A DNA stretch of 64,000 nt from an uncultured Chloroflexia bacterium (GTDB taxonomy: Bacteria > Chloroflexota > Chloroflexia > Thermomicrobiales > UBA6265): NCBI GenBank assembly GCA_963724295.1, contig CAVRUC010000013.1, forward strand, positions 192,001 to 256,000. Reading direction: 5' to 3'. This document shows positions 32,007-43,459 of this stretch, piece by piece; position 1 is the stretch's first letter, and each line of letters opens with the position of its first letter. Both the position numbers and the translations under genes were made by a program. Below the pieces are notes generated by a model that saw only the letters and a program-made list of their open reading frames with translations, ran no database searches and was not told the DNA's origin.

Positions 32007-32079
32007 GGGGCCGTAGCTTAGCTGGGAGAGCGCCGCCCTTGCACGGCGGAGGTCCGGGGTTCGAATCCCCGCGGCTCCA
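32007..32079 (+). tRNA. tRNA-Ala(TGC)
   Basis: GGGGCCG/CGGCTCC acceptor stem with G3:U70, loop TTTGCAC-like (CTTGCAC), GGTTCGAATCC; CCA not encoded. Confidence 0.97.
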
Positions 32080-32626
32080 CCTGGGGCGGGGAACGCCCGG
32101 GGCGGAGGATCCCCAGCAGCGACCACCCGTCGCCACGCCAGCAGGCCAGTCGTGCTCGAGGCGAGCGCCAGTGAGGCGGTCACCAGACCGCTAGCAGGTT
32201 GGGAGATCTCCTCCGAGGTCAGGACATGACTTCGGACGAGGTTTGACGACCTCGAGATCTGTGGGTCTGACGACCTGCGGGTCTGAACGACTTTCGGGTC
32301 GTGCACCTTGACAATGCGCCACGCGGAACCCGCCGGGTTCTGCGGCCGCGGGATGAGGCCAGCCCTTGAGGGGTCTGGCGCGATCCGAGCCTGACGTCGC
32401 ACCGAGACCGGTGGGACGCGGGGGCTCGTGTCTGCGTGCCCGCGCGCACTGCACAGCACATACACAAACACACAAAGACACACGAACCACACAAACACAC
32501 CGTAATCCCACGAGGCGTCGTGCGAACGGGGCAGCGGGGCGGACGTGCGACCAGGCGGGACCATCCCGCTGGCGCGTGCCGGTCTGCGGTCGCGGACACG
32601 ACCGATCTCGGATGGGAGGCGGCGCA

Positions 32627-35652
<3,026 letters not shown>

Positions 35653-35944
35653 GCGTGTGCTTCCCGTCCGGGGTCGTGACCCGACCGCGGGGCGGCCCGC
35701 GCCAGCGTGAGGGGGTCTCCCTCCTCTGGCCGGCGCCCCACGACGGACCCGACACGAGCGAGCCAGGGATACCAGTGAGACGTGTATGCGGCTGCGCAGG
35801 GCGCGCGGGCACGCGGACAGGAGCGTGCGGAGGCCTTCCGGAGGGGCGTCTTCCCGGAGGGGAGTCTCCGAGAGAGGCGATCTCCGTGGCACTGGCGCAG
35901 CAAGCAGCAAGGGGCCCCGGCTCTCCGGTGGGAGGGTGGGGGGT

Positions 35945-36062
35945 GCCCGTGGCCGAGAGCGTGCTGGCCCCACCCGGTCCCATCCCGAACCCGGTCGTGA
36001 CCCAGCGCAGCGCCGGAGAGTACTGTGGGGGCGACCCCACGGGAGGCGAGGCCGCCGCGGAC
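35945..36062 (+). rRNA. rrf: 5S rRNA
   Basis: CACCCGGTCCCATCCCGAACCCGG motif, GAGAGTACTG, pairing termini. Confidence 0.95.
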
Positions 36063-36082
36063 ACCCCTCACCCTCGTACTGC

Positions 36083-36120
36083 AGTCGGCCAGTCGGTTAG
36101 TCGGTCAGTCGGTTAGTCGG
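36083..36120. repeat. Octamer tandem repeat (AGTCGGTY)x5 between 5S and tRNA-fMet
   Basis: agtcggcc-agtcggtt-agtcggtc-agtcggtt-agtcgg. Confidence 0.8.
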
Positions 36121-36179
36121 GAAGTGGCTCACAGCTATTAGCTCATAGCGAATAGCTCCGAGCCGCAAGCCAGCACCGT

Positions 36180-36254
36180 CGCGGGGTGGAGCAGCGGCAG
36201 CTCGTTGGGCTCATAACCCAAAGGTCGGGGGTTCGAATCCCCCCCCCGCTACCA
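36180..36254 (+). tRNA. Initiator tRNA-fMet(CAT)
   Basis: C1 unpaired with U72, three G:C pairs in the anticodon stem (GGG-CTCATAA-CCC), encoded CCA. Confidence 0.96.
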
Positions 36255-36261
36255 CATAGCG

Positions 36262-36297
36262 AAAAGCGACCGAGCAGATTCTGCTCGGTCGCTTTTT
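36262..36297. terminator. Bidirectional intrinsic terminator (rrn / polB)
   Basis: AAAAGCGACCGAGCAG-att-CTGCTCGGTCGCTTTTT. Confidence 0.92.
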
Positions 36298-36323
36298 GTT
36301 GTTCTGAGCGAGACCTCGTCTCG

Positions 36324-38576
36324 CTATCCAAAAAGTCCGAGCTGCTGTACCGCTTCTTGCTGGCGCGCCGCGGTCATGTCGGTGCGTACGGAGATCGCCG
36401 GAAAGAACGCCTCGAACTCCGCGGTGCTCTCAAAGAGGTCGCGGAACCGCTCGGCGACGTCGCGCAGCCGCCGTAGCAGGTAGGTTGTGTTCTCATCGTG
36501 GTCCCACTCTTCGACCAGACCGAGCTCGCCGTCCTGTCGCTCGTAGAACTCCAGCCGCGCCCCGGGCCGTCCCAACGCCGGGTTGGCGAGTCGCGAGATC
36601 AGGCGCTGCAGCTTGGGGAACTTGGCCAGAGTCTGGTCGTTGATCATCCCCCACTGGGCGATCTCTTCTGGTTTGATATTCCGCTGACGAATACGCTCGG
36701 CGAGAACAAAATAGTCTTCGCGTACCGCGTCCCGTTCCCCCTCGAGGAACCAGCGAGCGGCTTCGACAAGGAATCGGCGCAGAACTGGCTCCATGCGCCG
36801 GCTGCGCAGAGCACTCCCCTTGAGCGTCAAGCTGCCATCATGTGAGAGCAGTGCGTACGTTTTGAGGCGTAAGGAGAGCATTCCAGCGTAACGGCCATCG
36901 TGGCTCAAGCGGATCCCCGGCGGGAGATCGGCCGCAACCGCATCGATGAACGCTTGCTCAGACGCCGGCGTGTCGATGTCCAATGGCGGCACGAAGTAGA
37001 CGCCATCGGTATCGACCTCGATCGGCGTTGCCCCATGGTGCTGCAAATTGGCGACGACCTGCTTGACGATGCGCTGCCCGGCCAGCGTGACGCGCTCGGC
37101 CGCGTCGTAGTCATTGAACAGCCCGCCGCCATAGCCGAGATAGCCATAGAACGAGTTGATGAGCACTTTGAACGAACCCTGCATGCCCTCCCACATCGCT
37201 CGCTCCGCCTCCTGCCCAGCCTGGACAGCGCGGCGGCTTTCTGCTTTGGCCTCGAGCCTGCGCCGGGTCAGCTCCGCGAGCATTGGGAGATAGGCGCCAA
37301 GGGTGTCCCGGCTGGACGTAATACCTTCCGAGAGCATGATCGAAGGGTAGAGGCTCTCGACGTCGCATTTCACGACCGGTCGAAACACGCCCGTCGCCAG
37401 CAGCTCGGCGTGACCACCGGCGTATCCTCGCGATGACTCCGCCGTGGGAACACTGTGATTGTCCATGAGATAGACACGCAGCATCAGGTCGTTCAGCTTC
37501 TCCCCCGGACCGCCGGTGGCGACAGCCTGGAACGACCTTGGCAAGAGTTGGGTTTGATAAAACTCGGTCGGCGTGGCAAGGCTGGAGAGCACCTCGACGT
37601 CCTGCACGTCGTCGAGCGCATAACGAAGCAGGCGGTCACGGTCTTGCCGCCAGACCTCAGCAATTCGCGGCCCCGGTACGAACTCCCGGTTCGGCCGCGT
37701 CAAACCGAGTTCCTCGACCGCCTGCTTCAACCCGTATGACGATAGGTGACCACCGATGTCATAGCGCTGGATTTGCTGATAGGTGTCAATGATGTGGCGA
37801 CCGTGGATGTAGGCCGGGGTGTACGGCATCGTCAGCGCCCCGGCCTTGAATCGCGAGACGCCGGCCCCGATCCGCACTGGTGAGCCATCCCGACCCCACC
37901 GCAAGGCAAGACCAAGACGCTCGGCGCGAGCGGCCAGGAATGGGAGGTCAAAGTTGAAGAGGTTGTGGCCTTCGATCACGTCGGGGTCGAGCTCACGCAC
38001 CCGTTCCGTCACCCGCTCGAGGAGCTCTGCCTCATCGGCGCCGAGCGGTAGGACCTCCTCCGTGCCGAGGCTGGATCTCATGGCGACCACGATGATCTGG
38101 CTGTCCGGGTTATGAGGGTCCAGGCCCATCGTCTCGATATCGATCTGCAGTCGCTTCAGATCGGAAAAGACCATCTCCTTGAAAAGTGTGCGGCGACTGC
38201 GCACGAGATACTGCTCGACCGGCGAGCGCAAGCGGAAGAACCGCTCACCCGCATCCTGAGCGGTGCGCACGGCGTCGAGGTGACTGGACCAGTCGGGAAA
38301 CTCGACGAGGTATCGGAGAGGGTGGCCCCCCGCGAGCGTGTCCACCGTGGGCGCGCCACGGGCGCGCTGCCAGGGCTCCGTTTGTTCCGCGAGAAGCCAC
38401 GGGCGGAACGACGCGTCTTCCGTGATCACACCGCTGCTCGCGCGTCGGTACAGACGCACCCGGTTCCCACCGAGTTGTTCGACCGCGACGATGCCCGGCG
38501 TGGTGTCGTCGCCGTAGAGGAGGTCTGCGGTGTCGCGTGCGGGCGCGGAGGAGAGGGGATGCGGACGCTGGTCCAT
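36324..38576 (-). CDS. polB: Family B DNA polymerase (Pol II-like) with 3'-5' exonuclease domain
   Basis: ExoI DIET, ExoII GHNLFNFD, ExoIII YALDD; motif A DVESLYPSI, motif B KVLINSFYG, motif C EVDTDG. Confidence 0.9.
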   Translation of the reverse strand: MDQRPHPLSSAPARDTADLLYGDDTTPGIVAVEQLGGNRVRLYRRASSGVITEDASFRPWLLAEQTEPWQRARGAPTVDTLAGGHPLRYLVEFPDWSSHLDAVRTAQDAGERFFRLRSPVEQYLVRSRRTLFKEMVFSDLKRLQIDIETMGLDPHNPDSQIIVVAMRSSLGTEEVLPLGADEAELLERVTERVRELDPDVIEGHNLFNFDLPFLAARAERLGLALRWGRDGSPVRIGAGVSRFKAGALTMPYTPAYIHGRHIIDTYQQIQRYDIGGHLSSYGLKQAVEELGLTRPNREFVPGPRIAEVWRQDRDRLLRYALDDVQDVEVLSSLATPTEFYQTQLLPRSFQAVATGGPGEKLNDLMLRVYLMDNHSVPTAESSRGYAGGHAELLATGVFRPVVKCDVESLYPSIMLSEGITSSRDTLGAYLPMLAELTRRRLEAKAESRRAVQAGQEAERAMWEGMQGSFKVLINSFYGYLGYGGGLFNDYDAAERVTLAGQRIVKQVVANLQHHGATPIEVDTDGVYFVPPLDIDTPASEQAFIDAVAADLPPGIRLSHDGRYAGMLSLRLKTYALLSHDGSLTLKGSALRSRRMEPVLRRFLVEAARWFLEGERDAVREDYFVLAERIRQRNIKPEEIAQWGMINDQTLAKFPKLQRLISRLANPALGRPGARLEFYERQDGELGLVEEWDHDENTTYLLRRLRDVAERFRDLFESTAEFEAFFPAISVRTDMTAARQQEAVQQLGLFG

Positions 38577-38638
38577 AAGCAGAAAGTTTACTCGGTCACC
38601 GCGGGTGCACCCGGTGCCGCGCTCCAGCGAGTTCTCAC

Positions 38639-39484
38639 TTATCGCGACGCCGTCACAAATATTGCCTCGCTGGGAACCCGGATCGTATCGCCGTCCTGAA
38701 ATGACATGAATGCCGCGATCACGTCCTCATGCAACCGCTGTTGCACGTGCTCCGGAAGACGTTCCAGGCCACCCCCGTCAGGCATCGCGAAGTTCTCGCG
38801 CCAGACTTGCCACTCGAGTTCCGGATCGGCAACGTCATAGGAGATCGTCACGGAGTGACGGACCACGTCGCGGAATCCCGCCTCAGCGACAAGATCTTCG
38901 ATGAGACCCGGCGCGCCCATGCTCATTGGCGATGGCGGCGGCTCACCCGTGGTCGGGGGTAGGGCCGGAGCGACGATGCGCGGGATGAGAAAGATGCCGA
39001 CCTTTTCCGGCACGCTCCAGACGGCAATACCAATTCGCCCACCGGGACGCAGCACGCGTCGCATTTCGCGCAGCGCGCGTAGTGGCTCCGGTACGAACAT
39101 CAACCCGAACTGACAATAGGCGACGTCGAATGACGCCTCCCCAAGCGTGAGCGCTTCCGCCGGCATGGACGCAAACGTCACGTTCGTCACCCGGGCGGCG
39201 GATGCCGTCGCGCGGACGAATGGCTCCCATGCGGAAAGAAAGTCAGTGGCCAGTACCTCACCGCGCGGCCCGACGCGCCGCGCGGCCTCGACCGCTACAT
39301 GCCCCGTCCCGGTCGCCACATCGAGCACGCGTGCCCCGACCGGCGGCGGAAGGAGCTCGACGAGCGCTACGGCGAATGGATGGGTCCTGGGTGCGGCATC
39401 CCTCGCGTAGCGCTCAACACGCTCCGTCCACTCCGCGCGCCGCCGATCGCTGGCCAGCGCGGCCTGGTCATCCGCTGGGTTCAT
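38639..39484 (-). CDS. Class I SAM-dependent methyltransferase
   Basis: 'VLDVATGTG', 'FDVAYCQFGLMF', 'RVLRPGG'. Confidence 0.9.
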   Translation of the reverse strand: MNPADDQAALASDRRRAEWTERVERYARDAAPRTHPFAVALVELLPPPVGARVLDVATGTGHVAVEAARRVGPRGEVLATDFLSAWEPFVRATASAARVTNVTFASMPAEALTLGEASFDVAYCQFGLMFVPEPLRALREMRRVLRPGGRIGIAVWSVPEKVGIFLIPRIVAPALPPTTGEPPPSPMSMGAPGLIEDLVAEAGFRDVVRHSVTISYDVADPELEWQVWRENFAMPDGGGLERLPEHVQQRLHEDVIAAFMSFQDGDTIRVPSEAIFVTASR

Positions 39485-39700
39485 TCTGGCACTATAGCGG
39501 ATCGCACACTGGGTACTGACCCGACGGACTGCGGCACCTCTCTCTTCCGAGTCATCAGTACCCGGCTTCCTGATGAGCCAGAGTTAGGCCAATGCGCTGG
39601 CCCTGGGCACTCAGAATAGACTGACGTAGACCCAACCGAACGCAGCCGCGCCAGACACGGCAAGACCTCCGGGCGACCACGCGCCCAACACGACCACAAC

Positions 39701-39980
39701 CGGGAGAACGCCCCCGACCGTCTTTTTCACGCGGGGAGGGACCCGCAAGGTAAGGGCGGAAACCGCGCAGCGGCGGCGACGAAGGAGCCGGCCCTAGCCG
39801 CCGCGGGAGGGGCACCCGCGACAGTGAAAAGACCGGGGGGCTTTTCCGATGAGCGAGCCCGCAGGCGAAGCGAACCAGCGCGTCCCGTCAGGGCGCGCGC
39901 GCCGCCGATCGAGGCGGCGTTGATCCGGCCGCAGCCGGTCAAAAAAGGTTCGGCGAACCGGTTTCAAAACTCGCTCGTTG
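39701..39980. other. Highly structured non-coding element (two multibranch hairpin domains)
   Basis: 39701-39730 pairs with 39824-39848, and 39847-39857 pairs with 39970-39980; each domain encloses several GC hairpins. Confidence 0.65.
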
Positions 39981-40102
39981 ATCAGCGACCGGTCCGCACC
40001 GCGGACGTGCACGATGGTCTTGCGCCTGTCATGTAGACTCCTCACGGAACTTCGCGACAATTTAGCGTTCGCACGCCACCCCTGGCAGAAAGGGTCCTAC
40101 GC

Positions 40103-41491
40103 ATGGCGACCGCATCGTTCCGGACCGCTCCCGTTGGCGACGCAGCCGTCCATGCCTTCCGCGCCCATCTCCACGGCGACCTCTTAGGCCCAGACGATCC
40201 GGGCTACGACGATGCGCGGCGCGTCTTCAACGCCATGATCGACCGCCGCCCGGCGTTCATCGCCCGACCGGCGGACGCTGACGACATCCGCCGTGCCGTC
40301 CTCTTTGCCCGAGAGAACGCCTTGCCGTTCTCCGTCAAGGGTGGCGGACACAGCGTTGCTGGCAGCGCGGTCTGTGAGGCCGGGCTGATGCTCGATCTGT
40401 CAGTGCTGAAAGAGGTCCAGGTCGACCCGGAGCGGCGTGTAGCAGTGGCCCAACCAGGACTCCTACTGGCCGATGTCGACCGCGCCACACAAGCGGTCGG
40501 TCTCGCCACCCCGCTCGGGATTATCTCCACGACCGGGATCGCCGGTCTCACGCTCGGTGGCGGGATAGGCTGGCTCAACGGCCAGTACGCGCTGGCCTGC
40601 GACAACCTGCTCGCCGCCGAAATCGTCACCGCCGACGGCGAGCTGCGCACGGTGAGCAGCTATCAGAACGCGGACCTTTTCTGGGCCATCCGCGGGGGCA
40701 GCGGGAACTTCGGCGTGGTGACCTCGTTCATCTACCGGCTTCATCCTCTCGGTCCGATCCTTGGTGGCGTCGTCACCTTTCCCGCCGCGCAGGCACGAGA
40801 GGCGCTCCGCCTCTATCACGAGGTCGCCAGCACCGCTCCGGATGCGTTGACGACGCTGGCGAGTCTCGGCGTTGACGCTGAAGGCGGGACAACGGTCTCG
40901 GTCACCGTTTGTTGGTGCGGGGCGCTTGATGACGGGGAGCGCGTCCTGCGACCGCTGCGGGCCTTTGGTCCGCCGGTGGAGGATGCCATCGGGATGATGC
41001 CCTACAACACGTTGCAGACCGGTGCCGACGAGCGCTATCCGCCGGGGCGGCACCACTATTGGAAGGCGTGCTGGCTGGCGGAGCTCAGCGACGAGGCCAT
41101 CGCGATCATGCTGCACTTCGCGGCCGAGCGGCCCATGACGGCGACCGGTCACGTGACCATCGCGCTGCAGCAGCTACACGGCGCGGCCGCTCGCGTCGAT
41201 CCTGCGGCGACCGCCTTCCCGCATCGGCGCGACCTGTACGATCTGCTCATCCTTGCGCAGTGGAGCGACCCGGCAGAGGCCGAGCCGCACATGGCCTGGA
41301 CGCGCGCCTTCTTCACGGCGATGCAGCCATTCGCCGAGCGCGCTGTCTACGTCAATGACCTGGGAGCCGAGGGCGAAGACCGCGTGCGGGAGGCGTACGG
41401 GGCCAATTACGAACGCCTGGCCACCATCAAAGCCACGTACGATCCGACCAACCTCTTCCGCGTGAACCAGAACATCCGGCCCACGGCGTAG
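40103..41491 (+). CDS. FAD-binding oxidoreductase (VAO/berberine-bridge-enzyme family)
   Basis: 'VKGGGHS' covalent-FAD His, 'GLTLGGG', 'LFWAIRGGSGNFGVV', 'K..YDPTNLFR.NQNI'. Confidence 0.93.
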   Translation: MATASFRTAPVGDAAVHAFRAHLHGDLLGPDDPGYDDARRVFNAMIDRRPAFIARPADADDIRRAVLFARENALPFSVKGGGHSVAGSAVCEAGLMLDLSVLKEVQVDPERRVAVAQPGLLLADVDRATQAVGLATPLGIISTTGIAGLTLGGGIGWLNGQYALACDNLLAAEIVTADGELRTVSSYQNADLFWAIRGGSGNFGVVTSFIYRLHPLGPILGGVVTFPAAQAREALRLYHEVASTAPDALTTLASLGVDAEGGTTVSVTVCWCGALDDGERVLRPLRAFGPPVEDAIGMMPYNTLQTGADERYPPGRHHYWKACWLAELSDEAIAIMLHFAAERPMTATGHVTIALQQLHGAAARVDPAATAFPHRRDLYDLLILAQWSDPAEAEPHMAWTRAFFTAMQPFAERAVYVNDLGAEGEDRVREAYGANYERLATIKATYDPTNLFRVNQNIRPTA

Positions 41492-41589
41492 TCAGGACCA
41501 CCTCACGCAAGCAGTCCCGATCCGAGCGCGCTGTGTGCCACGCCCGCGTGTGGTTGCTAGAGGAGGTGTCCCGTTTCGGCCACGTGGAC

Positions 41590-41622
41590 TTTTGAGGCCG
41601 GTTGGACGAACCGGCCTCAAAA
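41590..41622. repeat. Perfect 14-bp inverted repeat
   Basis: TTTTGAGGCCGGTT-ggacg-AACCGGCCTCAAAA. Confidence 0.8.
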
Positions 41623-41764
41623 CGCTTCAGTTGGCGGTTGCCCTCGGTGGCCGCTACGAATGGGAACGGGTCTGTAGCGGCGTCGCTCGCGTGCTACCCT
41701 CTCGGCCCTCCTGCGGCGCCGAACGTCGGTTTCGGGGAGACCCCAGACAAGAAGGAGGCACGCC

Positions 41765-42059
41765 ATGTACGTCACGCTCGTACACCCTCGCCCGCAACCG
41801 GGGAATGAAGTGGAGTACGCACGGCGTTGGAAGGCGATCCTGGCTCCTCGCGTGCGCGCCCTCCCGGGATTCCGCGCCGGCTACTTCTTCGGTGATCCGG
41901 CGGCGAACTCGGTCCACGCGATCTATCTGTGGGACGAGAAGCCGGTCGAAGAGCTCGAAGAGGCGATGACCGACTTCCGGCAACACTGCCGCGACCTCAC
42001 CGTCGGGCCGGGGCGGCGCGAGGAGGCGCGAGGACTTCGAGGTCCTGGCTGAGGCGTAG
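41765..42059 (+). pseudogene. Small ABM/dimeric alpha-beta-barrel-like protein with its C-terminus frameshifted by a 10-bp duplication
   Basis: AGGAGG RBS; 'LPGFRAGYFFGD...AIYLWD'; GGCGCGAGGA is duplicated at 42015-42034, and removing one copy gives ...RREDFEVLAEA*. Confidence 0.7.
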
Positions 42060-42119
42060 CGCCACATTGACTGTTCTGGACCGCTGATCCGCGCGCTCGG
42101 GCTGGAGGGCGAGGCCATG

Positions 42120-43068
42120 TCAGCCTTCGGGATCGACGCCCGAGGCGAGCCGTCCGCCGTGCGCCCAGGCGGCGAGATCGGGGCCCACGAGCGCCGCCAC
42201 CCGCGCCTCGTACGCGGCGAAATCAGCGGGAGAGACGCGGTCGCGCCACTCACCGGATCCGCCGCTGCGGAAGAAGGCACGCGCATCCTTCCAGATCCCC
42301 TGCGAGGCGTTCGGGGCGACGTCGGCACCCCGCTCGCGCATCCGGGTCAGGCTTGCCTCCAGCGCCAGCTCCCGCGCCCGTTCCGGTGAGCACGGGATCC
42401 CGAGGACGCCCGCCAGGCGGAGCAGCTCACCCGCGAGGTCGGCCGTCAAGTCGGCGTAGTGGAAGAGGGCCACATTCGGATCGCGCCGATGCTGCCAGCC
42501 CGTATCGAGGTGATGCAGCACCGATGCGAGCGTCGACGGCCCGCCCGGCGTCTCGTCGCTGACGAAGGTCCGGAATCGCTCGGCCGGGTCCTCGGACGGA
42601 ACGGGGCGCTCCGGCAGCTCGGCGAGGTCCTCGTTGCCGACAGCCGCGGCGCGCAGCTCCAGGACGTGCGCGAAGTCCATGTTGGCGAGGTGATGTTCGA
42701 GCGAGATGGCGGTGTCGCGCGGATCGCGGCCGACCACGAGGTACGTGACGTCGGGGTGCAGCGGTAGGCCGTCGAGGGGCGTGTGCGTCTTGATGAAGCG
42801 GCGATGGGTTTGGGCGGCGAACGCCGCCGTCACCTCAGCGAGCGGGCGGGTGCAGTTGTCGAGCCACGGTGAGATGTCACCGAGCGGCGCCGGGAACGTC
42901 GGGGCCATCGAAGATCAGGAGCGCGCATAGCATCTGCATCCAGGTGGTGCCGGACTTCGACGGGGTGCTGATCACGACGTCGCCGGGACGGAACACAAAC
43001 CCGTCCCAGCGGGCGCTGTCGGCGATGATCGAGCGGTAGTGCGTGCGTGGAGCCTGTGAGTCGGCCAT
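42120..43068 (-). pseudogene. PAPS-dependent sulfotransferase with a +1 frameshift at 42901-42904 (possible sequencing error)
   Basis: 5'-PSB 'TPSKSGTTW' lies in one frame; 'SPWLD', 'IKTHTP', 3'-PB 'RDPRD..IS' and 'FFRSG' lie in another; the break is at a 4-base homopolymer. Confidence 0.85.
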
Positions 43069-43459
43069 CGCGTGATTCTACTCTGCAAAGGACCGTGCCG
43101 CGGTCGCACCCGCTTATCCCGCGGATGCTCAATATGCCCTCGCCGGTGGCCACATGGCCGCGAAATGGCCGCACCTGTGGCGCCCGCGAGTGCCTAACGA
43201 CGCCAGAAGGGATCGCTCCGAAGATGCACGCCTGGTCAGGAAAGGCGATGAGAATGCCGGACCTGCCTCCTGTGCCCAGCAAGAAACACCCCCGCAAAAT
43301 GCCATGAAGATCGAGTACACTTATGTGCTGTTCGCCGCCCTGCACGCTGCGTGTTCGCGTTAGTCGTCCGGCGCGGCGCCGCGCCCCTAACACCGGTCCG
43401 AGACCCTTATTCCAACCGTTGCGATAACCCGCGCGACTGGACGCTGGAAAGATTGCTGC

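Noticed and set aside
36180..36330. tRNA-fMet as an integration site
   Set aside because: No integrase and no duplicated tRNA 3' end seen in the window.
39511..39600. Hammerhead ribozyme (CTGATGAG at ~39570 next to hairpins)
   Set aside because: The required GAAA after stem II is absent (reads CAAT) and stems I/III are not evident.
43070..43459. CIRCE/HAIR heat-shock operator upstream of lon
   Set aside because: No TTAGCACTC-N9-GAGTGCTAA or CTTGAGT-N7-ACTCAAG match seen.
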